Source: an uncultured Bacteroidales bacterium
GTDB taxonomy: Bacteria; Bacteroidota; Bacteroidia; Bacteroidales; UBA1402
DNA: 64,000 nucleotides
Direction: 5' to 3'
Assembly (NCBI GenBank): GCA_942493385.1
Contig: OW818699.1
Coordinates: forward strand, 1,981,550 to 2,045,549
The position numbers and the translations under genes are program-made. Below are positions 49,400-56,901 of this stretch, piece after piece. Position 1 is the first letter of the stretch. Every line of letters starts with the position of its first letter. The notes below the pieces were generated by a model that was given only the letters and a program-made list of their open reading frames with translations, had not been told where the DNA came from and made no database searches.

Positions 49400-50362
49400 T
49401 TACAACCACTCCTCCTTCTTAACCTCCCCCTGCACCGAAACCACGATGACCTTGATGGGAATGTGCCGTTTGGCTTTGTCGCGCGCCGTTTTGGCAATAC
49501 CGACCAAGCCGCTGCAGCATGGCACTTCCATGATCATGACGGTGAGCATGTCAATTTCTGAGTCGTCAATCATGGATTCCAGTTTCTCCAAGTAATGGTC
49601 GATGTTGCTGTCCAATTTGGGACAGGCAATGGCCAATTTCTTACCTTTCAGGAACTTGCTGTGGAAGTTTCCAACTGCGAAAGCGGTGCAGTCGGCGGCC
49701 AGCAAGACGCTGGCACCTTGAAAGTAGGGTGCCTGAGGATTCAGTAAATGAAGTTGGACTGGAAACTGGCGGAGCTCGGAGGCTTGCTCTACCAATGAGG
49801 AAGCTGAAACAGTTTCAGAAGCGGCAGTCGCAAACGCAGGCCGCATGCCCTGCATCGGGCTTTTGGGAGTAACTCCAGCAGGCACCTGACACGCCTCATA
49901 AACTGGTTTTTTCGGTAAGCCGGCTCCAACAGCTGCAGCCGGTTCGCCCCAGGTCTTTTCATGAGAACCGGAACACCCGCAAGCCAACGTTTCCTGCTTG
50001 TGCAATAAGGCGACGTCAAAATCAATGCCGTGTGCTTTGAGCCAAGCGACCCCCTCCTGAACCAATTTCTTTTCACCGTGATCTTTCAGGTGCTTGAGAT
50101 GCGCCAGAATGACCGCTTCCCCTTTGCCGGAGATGCGTTCCATCACGGCGGACTCGCTATAGGGTTCAGCCTCGCGTTCTTCAAGGACGATGGCATTCAC
50201 TGGGCATTCGCCGATGCAGGCACCAAGCCCATCGCAATAAAGTTCGCTTACCATGACAGCCTTGCCGTCAATGAGTTGAAGGGCGCCTTCGTGGCAGCCG
50301 GTTACGCAATTGCCGCAGCCGTTGCATAAGTTTTCGTCGATTTTGATGATGGTCCGTTTCAT
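49400..50362 (-). CDS. 4Fe-4S dicluster ferredoxin-like protein (FrdX-type)
   Basis: CNGCGNCVTGCHEGA, CDGLGACIGECP; C-terminal LRQFPVQL..LAADC..IACPKLD..MEVPCC. The true start is probably MKRTIIKIDE at 50362. Confidence 0.88.
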   Translation of the reverse strand: MKRTIIKIDENLCNGCGNCVTGCHEGALQLIDGKAVMVSELYCDGLGACIGECPVNAIVLEEREAEPYSESAVMERISGKGEAVILAHLKHLKDHGEKKLVQEGVAWLKAHGIDFDVALLHKQETLACGCSGSHEKTWGEPAAAVGAGLPKKPVYEACQVPAGVTPKSPMQGMRPAFATAASETVSASSLVEQASELRQFPVQLHLLNPQAPYFQGASVLLAADCTAFAVGNFHSKFLKGKKLAIACPKLDSNIDHYLEKLESMIDDSEIDMLTVMIMEVPCCSGLVGIAKTARDKAKRHIPIKVIVVSVQGEVKKEEWL

Positions 50363-50366
50363 AGGG

Positions 50367-50374
50367 CAAAAGTA
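50367..50374 (-). promoter_or_regulatory. -7 promoter element of the ferredoxin-like gene, 4 nt from the ATG
   Basis: The minus strand reads TACTTTTG-CCCT-ATG. Confidence 0.7.
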
Positions 50375-50394
50375 CATCAACTAGGCGGCGTTTT

Positions 50395-50414
50395 TTTGTA
50401 ACCAATGTTACAAA
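50395..50414. promoter_or_regulatory. Crp/Fnr-family (HcpR-type) operator palindrome TTTGTAAC-CAAT-GTTACAAA
   Basis: Perfect 8-bp arms with a 4-nt spacer between a Crp/Fnr gene and its divergent neighbour. Confidence 0.75.
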
Positions 50415-50435
50415 TTGCATATCTTTGAAAAAAAA

Positions 50436-51107
50436 ATGTCCAAACTTTTTCAATGTCCCTTGTTTCGTGGCATTCCCACTGAAGAGATTGCGGTTTTGCT
50501 GGCAGACCACTATACGGTGAAAACATTTCGCGCAGGCGAGTTGATTGCCTTGCAGGCCAGTTTGTACGATCATCTGCTCATTGTTTCAGAGGGTTTTGTT
50601 CGGGGTGAAATGACCGATGCCCTGGGCCGAAGCACCTTGATTGAAGAAATTCAAACACCAAGAGCCATCGCACCTGCCTTTTTGTATGCCACCGAAAACA
50701 GGCTTCCAGTTTCCATCATCGCTGCCGTTCCGACTGAAATCACGTCTATTCACCGCACTGTTTTTACTTCCATGATGCAAAAGGATGCCCGATTGCTCAC
50801 CAATTACCTCAACAGCATGGCCGACCGCAGCCGATTCTTGTCAGAAAAACTTCGCATGCAACGCTTCGGCACCATCAAAAGCAAGCTGGCCCGTTACCTG
50901 CTTGAAATCTCCCAACGATTGGCAAACAGTTCCACGCCGCTGACTGAATTCACCATACCCCATACCCAACAACAACTCGCCGATATCTTTGGCGTGACAA
51001 GGCCTGCATTAGCCCGCGCCATCAAACAATTGGAGAATGAAAACATCATTCAAACCAAAACAAAAAACTTCCGAATTCTGAATAGAAAACAGTTGATGGA
51101 TCTTTAG
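50436..51107 (+). CDS. Crp/Fnr-family transcriptional regulator (HcpR-like)
   Basis: cNMP-binding-like domain (LFQCPLFRGI, IVSEGFVRGEM, IAPAFLY) and HTH (HTQQQLADIFGVTRPALARAIKQL). Own TATCTTTG at 50420-50427; ATG at 50436. Confidence 0.9.
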   Translation: MSKLFQCPLFRGIPTEEIAVLLADHYTVKTFRAGELIALQASLYDHLLIVSEGFVRGEMTDALGRSTLIEEIQTPRAIAPAFLYATENRLPVSIIAAVPTEITSIHRTVFTSMMQKDARLLTNYLNSMADRSRFLSEKLRMQRFGTIKSKLARYLLEISQRLANSSTPLTEFTIPHTQQQLADIFGVTRPALARAIKQLENENIIQTKTKNFRILNRKQLMDL

Positions 51108-51111
51108 ACCT

Positions 51112-51489
51112 TTAATTTGTTTTTTGGGTGGGAATGACGAACATCATCACCACAGCACCGAGGAGGGCCGATCCGATAACCAAATATTTAAGCCAGGTTG
51201 CCTCCAAGATGAATACGCAAGAGACGGTCACCATGATGACCATCAGGAAGAGTGAACCCAGCTTGAACCACATCGTCATGCCTTTGCCCGACCGGAAATC
51301 ATCTATGTATTTGCCAAGGTGCTTGTGTTTTATGAGTCTGTTGTAAAGTTTATCGGAACCGCGCAAGTACAACCAGGCTGTAAGCAGCATGAACGGCGTA
51401 GCCGGAAGTCCGGGCACGATGATGCCGATGAGGCCTAGGATTAGGGAAAGCGTTCCGAGAACTATGTAGATTGGCTTGAGAAAAATCAT
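51112..51489 (-). CDS. YbaN/DUF454 family membrane protein
   Basis: LGLIGIIVPGLPATPFMLLTAWLYLRGS.KLY..L..H..LG.YI; upstream TATCTTTG on the minus strand at 51509-51516. Confidence 0.88.
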   Translation of the reverse strand: MIFLKPIYIVLGTLSLILGLIGIIVPGLPATPFMLLTAWLYLRGSDKLYNRLIKHKHLGKYIDDFRSGKGMTMWFKLGSLFLMVIMVTVSCVFILEATWLKYLVIGSALLGAVVMMFVIPTQKTN

Positions 51490-51622
51490 GCACGATTTGA
51501 TTGGGCTGCAAAGATAGAAAATCCGTTTTCAATTCGAATATTAAGGAGTGTTAATCTTGCAATATGGCAGTTTGTGTGTTACATTTGAATAGCCGTTAAT
51601 GCTAGTTGGGGCGTTCAGCCAA

Positions 51623-52507
51623 ATGAAAAACCGAGTCTTGGTTTGGTTGCTGATGCTTTGGGGATTCTACTCCTGCGAGCTGCCCATCGCAAATGAAACG
51701 GACCGGTTTTATTCCGATACGCTTCAGGTAGGGACGTATAATGTCCGAATTTCAACTCCTGTCGATAACGACCACCGTTCCTGGTGTTTCCGTCGCAATT
51801 TCGTGGCATTGCAAGTCTATACGCATGGATTTGACGTGTTTGGAATTCAAGAGCTTGTGGATGGGGATCAGGAAATGGACCTCAAACTATTGCTTCCTGA
51901 CTTTGCCTTTTATGTGAAAGGAAACGGCAATTCGGCCGGAAACTGTGGAATGCGGATTGCTATTGTTTACGACAAACGTCGCTTCGAAGTACAGGATTCC
52001 GGATTCTTTTTCCTGTCTGAAACGCCTGATCGACCATCATTGGGCTGGGATGCCGACTTTGTACACCTCTGTCAGTGGCTCAAATTGCACGATAGGCATA
52101 CCTTGAAAGACTTCTATTATTTCAACACCCACCTCAACTGTACCGGTAAAGAAGCCCGCAAAAATAGTGTTCTGCTGATACTGGATAGAATAAGTCGTTT
52201 ACCAGCGGAAATTCCAGTCATTTTGAGTGGAGACTTTAATGCCGCCCCTTCAGAAACGGATACTTATGGACCACTTTCAAGCCTTCTTTCTGACAGCAGA
52301 GTAACGACTGAAACCGAGCCGGAAGGTTTTTCGGGTACGTTCAACAACTGGGATTGGCTCACATACAAGTTTACGGAAGATCGCAGGATCGACTATGTTT
52401 TTGTTCGTTCTGTCTGTGTACTCAGCTATCAAGCCATCAACGATCAGTATGTAGACGATTGCTGGCCATCCGATCATTTTCCCGTTAAGATTTCTGTGGT
52501 TCTGTAA
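51623..52507 (+). CDS. Endonuclease/exonuclease/phosphatase (EEP) family lipoprotein
   Basis: Lipobox GFYSC; TYNVR, GIQEL, NTHL, LSGDFNA, RIDYVF, SDHFPV; promoter TACATTTG at 51580-51587. Confidence 0.88.
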   Translation: MKNRVLVWLLMLWGFYSCELPIANETDRFYSDTLQVGTYNVRISTPVDNDHRSWCFRRNFVALQVYTHGFDVFGIQELVDGDQEMDLKLLLPDFAFYVKGNGNSAGNCGMRIAIVYDKRRFEVQDSGFFFLSETPDRPSLGWDADFVHLCQWLKLHDRHTLKDFYYFNTHLNCTGKEARKNSVLLILDRISRLPAEIPVILSGDFNAAPSETDTYGPLSSLLSDSRVTTETEPEGFSGTFNNWDWLTYKFTEDRRIDYVFVRSVCVLSYQAINDQYVDDCWPSDHFPVKISVVL

Positions 52508-52556
52508 TCGGTTTTTATATATTTGTACACCGGTTCGGTACAAAACAATTTTTTAA

Positions 52557-53396
52557 ATGGCAAAAACAACCATGATCCGAAAGGTCTCCGGCGATATGGA
52601 ACCTTTCTCCAGGACCAAACTGATGTCCTCGCTCCATCGTTCGGGAGCCGACAATGAAACCGTTCATTCCATCATCGCGGATGTGGAATCTTGGATGTTC
52701 GACGGCATCACCTCCAAAAAGATCTACGACAGAGCTTTTGCACTGTTGCGGAAGAAGCAACTCGGTATCGCTGCAAGGTACAAGTTGAAGAACGCCATGA
52801 TGGAACTCGGACCGACCGGTTATCCGTTCGAATTCTTTGTAGGCCAGGTATTTAAGTTGCAAGGCTATCATGTGGAAGTAGGGCAGGTGCTTCAGGGACA
52901 CTGCGTCACCCACGAGGTGGATGTGATTGCGACCAAGGACATGCATCAGTATTTCGTCGAGTGCAAGTATTACCAAACCACCGGAAAGAATGCCAATGTG
53001 CAAGTGCCCATGTACATTCGTTCGAGGGTGGACGACCTCATCAAATTCCGAAAGGACTTGCCTCAGTACGCCGGATATACGTTTCACGGCGTTGTGGTGA
53101 CCAACACCCGTTTCACCACGGATGCCATCTCCTTTGGGGAATGCACCGGTTTGGAATTGTTGAGTTGGGATTATCCTTCCGGAAAAGGATTGAAGGAATT
53201 CATCGACAAGGAGCATATATTCCCAGTAACCGTATTGACCAAGCTTCTGAATGCGGAGAAGCAGCAGCTGATGGAAAGGGGCATTGTCATTTGCAGTCAG
53301 TTGCTCGAGAATCCTGAAGCCTTGTTGCATATTGGTCTGGATGAACGCCGTCAACAAAAAATCCTGGACGAAGTCCGAATCCTTTGTCCGTTTTGA
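52557..53396 (+). CDS. ATP-cone domain fused to an Mrr-like PD-(D/E)xK restriction endonuclease domain
   Basis: N-terminal IRKVSGDMEPFSRTKLMSSLHRSGA (ATP-cone-like); central PFEFFVGQVF..HEVDVIATK..VECKY..VVVTNTRFTTDA (Mrr_cat-like); short helical tail. Own TATATTTG at 52518-52525. Confidence 0.8.
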   Translation: MAKTTMIRKVSGDMEPFSRTKLMSSLHRSGADNETVHSIIADVESWMFDGITSKKIYDRAFALLRKKQLGIAARYKLKNAMMELGPTGYPFEFFVGQVFKLQGYHVEVGQVLQGHCVTHEVDVIATKDMHQYFVECKYYQTTGKNANVQVPMYIRSRVDDLIKFRKDLPQYAGYTFHGVVVTNTRFTTDAISFGECTGLELLSWDYPSGKGLKEFIDKEHIFPVTVLTKLLNAEKQQLMERGIVICSQLLENPEALLHIGLDERRQQKILDEVRILCPF

Positions 53397-53421
53397 TGAC
53401 TCTCCAAAGTGACATATTGAA

Positions 53422-53904
53422 TTATTCTTGGGTAAATTCTTGAATGAGTTGGGCGAATTTCGGAAATTGTTCAATTAATAGATCGCGTTCAGCCAGTTCA
53501 AAATCTTTAAACTCAAAACCAGGTGCGACAACGCAACTGACAAGTGCAAAGTTCCTTCCATCCGCCACTTTCGCTGCAAACCAGACATTGGCCGGCAAAA
53601 CCACTTGAGGTACTTCCCCATTTGCCAGATCGTTTCCCAGCAAGATGGTTTCTAGTTTACCTTGAGACAATACTTGGACGACTAAAGATGTTCCCTGATG
53701 AAAAAACCAGGCTTCATCAGATTTAAGGCGGTGAAAATGGGATTTGTCCTTTTCTTTGAGCAAGTAATAAATGACCGTGCTCGTTCTTCTCAAGCAGTCT
53801 TCGCCCATAACAATTTCTTGTTCAGACCGAAAAGTTTCCCTGTAATAACCACCCTCCGGATGTTCTTTTAACTGTAATTCCTGTATGAGTGCGCTGGCGT
53901 CCAT
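53422..53904 (-). CDS. Cupin_5 (DUF985) family protein
   Basis: LKEHPEGGYYRETF, TVIYYLL, SHFHRLKSDEAWFFH, LVSCVVAPGFEFKDFEL. Confidence 0.9.
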   Translation of the reverse strand: MDASALIQELQLKEHPEGGYYRETFRSEQEIVMGEDCLRRTSTVIYYLLKEKDKSHFHRLKSDEAWFFHQGTSLVVQVLSQGKLETILLGNDLANGEVPQVVLPANVWFAAKVADGRNFALVSCVVAPGFEFKDFELAERDLLIEQFPKFAQLIQEFTQE

Positions 53905-53918
53905 ATCCTTATTTTTTT

Positions 53919-54009
53919 CAAAAGTAACTGTTTTTTAAATGCTCTATCAATACATAGATAAATTCAATTCAAAAATCATTTCAATAGAGCGGTTAGATGA
54001 TTACTTTTG
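53919..54009. promoter_or_regulatory. Divergent promoters for the cupin (minus, 53919-53926) and peroxiredoxin (plus, 54002-54009) genes
   Basis: CAAAAGTA and TACTTTTG matches in an AT-rich gap. Confidence 0.7.
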
Positions 54010-54060
54010 TTCCAACGAAAAAAATTCAAATCGAATCATAACCCAAAAAAAAATTGTAAC

Positions 54061-54690
54061 ATGTCAGTATTAGTAGGAAAATCCGCCCCCTCATTCAATG
54101 CCAAAGCCGTCATCAACGGAAGTGAAATCATCGAAAACTTCTCCTTGGACCAATTCAAGGGAAAATACATCGTTTTCTTTTTCTACCCCGCTGATTTTAC
54201 CTTTGTATGTCCCACAGAATTGCTCGCTTTTCAGGAAAAAGTGGCTGAATTCGCTGCCAAGAACACTGTTGTCGTGGGTGTTTCCACCGACTCTGAATTC
54301 TCTCATTGGAAATGGCTGAACACACCAACCAAGCAAGGTGGTATCGAAGGCGTCAAATATCCCTTGGTAGCTGACCAAAGCCTTCAGATATCCAAAGCCT
54401 TCGACGTTTTGGCCGGTGAAGAAGTTTGGGACGAAGACGGTAACGAATCGTTTGTTGGCGAACCCAAAGCATACCGTGGCTTGTTCTTGATTGACAAGGC
54501 AGGTGTCGTTCAGCATCAAGTGGTGAATAACATGCCGCTGGGTCGTAGCGTTGACGAAGTGGAACGTGTGTTGGATGCGCTGCAATTCACCGAAGAGTTT
54601 GGCGAAGTTTGCCCGGCCAACTGGAAAAAAGGAGATAAGGCAATGAAGCCTACTCAAGAAGGCGTAAGTGATTATTTGTCAAGCAAATAA
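54061..54690 (+). CDS. ahpC: 2-Cys peroxiredoxin (AhpC/TsaA)
   Basis: FFYPADFTFVCPTE, RGLFLIDK, GRSVDE, GEVCPANW. ATG at 54061. Confidence 0.95.
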   Translation: MSVLVGKSAPSFNAKAVINGSEIIENFSLDQFKGKYIVFFFYPADFTFVCPTELLAFQEKVAEFAAKNTVVVGVSTDSEFSHWKWLNTPTKQGGIEGVKYPLVADQSLQISKAFDVLAGEEVWDEDGNESFVGEPKAYRGLFLIDKAGVVQHQVVNNMPLGRSVDEVERVLDALQFTEEFGEVCPANWKKGDKAMKPTQEGVSDYLSSK

Positions 54691-54710
54691 TTTCCACTAC
54701 AATTTATTAA

Positions 54711-54744
54711 AAAGGCTGTTTCCGAAAGGGAGCAGCTTTTTTTT
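54711..54744 (+). terminator. Intrinsic terminator after ahpC
   Basis: AAGGCTGTTTCC-GAAA-GGGAGCAGCTT followed by a T-run that merges into the next promoter TATCTTTG (54744-54751). Confidence 0.8.
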
Positions 54745-54768
54745 ATCTTTGTAAAAAATAATTATACC

Positions 54769-55407
54769 ATGTCAAAGTACTTTCTCCTTTCTCTTTTCCT
54801 GCTGATTTCAGTCGGTATTCAAGCAGCAGATACCATTCGGGTGGCCTGTATCGGAAACAGCATCACGTATGGATCGGGTATCAAGAACCGTGATACCGAT
54901 AGTTATCCGGCAGTGCTCGGTCAACTTTTGGGTGATAAGTACCAAGTTAGGAACTTTGGTTTGAGCGGCCGAACACTATTGAATAAGGGCGATCGACCCT
55001 ATATGAACGAAAAGACCTTCAAGGTGGCCTTGAACTACCAGCCGAATGTTGTCGTCATCAAACTCGGCACCAACGACACCAAGCCACAAAACTGGAAGTT
55101 TCAGTCCGAATTCAAACAAGACCTCTCCGCTATGGTCGATAGCTTTCAGGCCTTGTCCTCCAAGCCACGAATATTCCTGTGTTACCCTGCCACGGCTTTT
55201 TCCGTGACTTGGGGCATCAACGACAGCATCATCGTGAACGGTGTGATGCCTTACGTAAAAGCAGTTTCAAAAGAAAAGAAGCTGAAAATCATCGATTTGC
55301 ACAAAGTCACCATTGGAAAGTCCGAGCTTTTCCCGGACAAGATCCATCCCAACGCAGAAGGTGCCAGAATTCTGGCAACCACTGTTTTTAAAGCGATTAA
55401 AAAGTAG
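54769..55407 (+). CDS. Secreted SGNH/GDSL-family esterase (carbohydrate acetylesterase-like)
   Basis: Signal peptide; block I GNSITYG, NFGLSG, KLGTND, DKIHP. Confidence 0.9.
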   Translation: MSKYFLLSLFLLISVGIQAADTIRVACIGNSITYGSGIKNRDTDSYPAVLGQLLGDKYQVRNFGLSGRTLLNKGDRPYMNEKTFKVALNYQPNVVVIKLGTNDTKPQNWKFQSEFKQDLSAMVDSFQALSSKPRIFLCYPATAFSVTWGINDSIIVNGVMPYVKAVSKEKKLKIIDLHKVTIGKSELFPDKIHPNAEGARILATTVFKAIKK

Positions 55408-56758
55408 GTTTCAGCAAACCTGCTTTGTCGGGTACGTTCGAAACGTTGCCAACGTAAAGATTTTGACGAAACACCGTGTTGATGTCCTTACTCAGACTGA
55501 TGTTTGCGCTGTCCGTCACATAGAAGGTGTTGCCGGTCAGTGTGGTGTTGGAAGGCCATTTTCCGCCCCAAGTATCCATTTTCACCAGATTGAGGTCCGA
55601 TCCAGCAGGTTTTTTGGGAACTACGAAAACATTGTCGGAAATGATCGTGTTAGTCACCGGCCCGGTGATGAGCATCGCAGGTGAGACACCTTTGTGCTGT
55701 CCGCTCAGGCGGAAACCATCGTTCACGCTCAGGTTGTGTCGTACCACCGAACTGTCATTGCCGATGCTCCAGGGCATTCGCTGATCAGAAGGCGAACAAA
55801 CCAAAAGGAAGCCTCCCTCGTTGTCGTGGCTGTAATTGTACTGAATCACAGTCCCTACGCAATTGTAGTCACAGTCAAAGCCCTGTGCGTCCCAGGGGGC
55901 CTTGTGGTCGGACACTTCGTTGTACTGAATCAGGGTATGGTCAGAGCTCCAAGGCCAGATGCCTGCGGCCGCTTCGCCATCGGGCAACAGGCGGGTGCAG
56001 TTTCGCATGAGGTTGTATTCAATCAGGGCTCCTTCACAACCGATGGGAACGATGCCGTCACCAGGCACTTCTTCCAGCAGGCATTTGCGAACCACCACTC
56101 CGGTGTTTGGAAACCATTTGTCACGCGCCCAATAATCGCAATTGAAAATGATGCCGTTGCGTTCGGTGCGGACGATGTGACAGTTCTCAACCAACAATCC
56201 GTCGAAACACGATTTCGTCACCTTGCCGCCATTGCGGATTTCAATGCCCATGCCACCCCCTTTGTTCTTGACCAAACTGCCGTTCACGTCGTGGATGTAA
56301 AGGTCTGAAACCTTGATCTGATGTAGGATTCCAGCATCAAGTGCCTGAATGAGCAGCCCGGTTTGTTTCGGAATGCGTTCAGCTGCCGTGTTGGTGAGTT
56401 CCAAATCGGAAACTTGTATGTATTCCTGATTTTTCAATACCAAAGCCGCTTGAAACAGGCCGTTGGCATCGATGCGGGGTTTCACCGTCCCTTCGTAACT
56501 CGTAATGACGACAGGTGCTGTGGCTGAACCCGATCCAACCGTTGCCAATTGTCCCGAATAAACCGTTCCGCTTTTTAAAAACAACGTGTCGCCCGGTTTC
56601 AGTTCCGTGGCATTCACCTTGAGCAATGACTGCCAAGGCTTTTTAATCGAAGTTCCTTTGTTCTTATCGTTACCGGTCGCAGCATCCAAATAATAATTGG
56701 TTGCCATCATCGGACCCGCTGCCAACAACAGCAATAACGTGATTTTCAGTGTTTTCAT
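55397..56758 (-). CDS. Secreted right-handed beta-helix protein, GH136-like
   Basis: Signal peptide; YYLDAATGNDKNKGTS.KKPWQSL.KVN..L.PGD; repeated beta-helix strands; DAQGFDCD..IQYNYSHDN resembles GH136 as I recall it. ATG at 56758. Confidence 0.65.
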   Translation of the reverse strand: MKTLKITLLLLLAAGPMMATNYYLDAATGNDKNKGTSIKKPWQSLLKVNATELKPGDTLFLKSGTVYSGQLATVGSGSATAPVVITSYEGTVKPRIDANGLFQAALVLKNQEYIQVSDLELTNTAAERIPKQTGLLIQALDAGILHQIKVSDLYIHDVNGSLVKNKGGGMGIEIRNGGKVTKSCFDGLLVENCHIVRTERNGIIFNCDYWARDKWFPNTGVVVRKCLLEEVPGDGIVPIGCEGALIEYNLMRNCTRLLPDGEAAAGIWPWSSDHTLIQYNEVSDHKAPWDAQGFDCDYNCVGTVIQYNYSHDNEGGFLLVCSPSDQRMPWSIGNDSSVVRHNLSVNDGFRLSGQHKGVSPAMLITGPVTNTIISDNVFVVPKKPAGSDLNLVKMDTWGGKWPSNTTLTGNTFYVTDSANISLSKDINTVFRQNLYVGNVSNVPDKAGLLKPTF

Positions 56759-56776
56759 AAGGGCAGAACGTGATGA

Positions 56777-56901
56777 GAGATGTTTTAAATGGGCGCCAAG
56801 GTCAAGGCGCTGATTATGAGACACCCCGGAGCGTACTTAAGGTACGTGAGGAGTGGTGAGTAAACAGCAACGCAGAGATTGGTGGTCATTTAAGACATCT
56901 C
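56777..56901. mobile_element. ~125-bp MITE/REP-like element with 15-bp terminal inverted repeats
   Basis: GAGATGTTTTAAATG (56777-56791) versus CATTTAAGACATCTC (56887-56901), one mismatch; internal CGTAC-TTAAG-GTACG hairpin (56832-56846). Confidence 0.65.

Noticed and set aside
49332-49595. 87-aa plus-strand ORF near the long hairpin
   Set aside because: It mostly overlaps the ferredoxin-like gene antisense and has no recognisable features.
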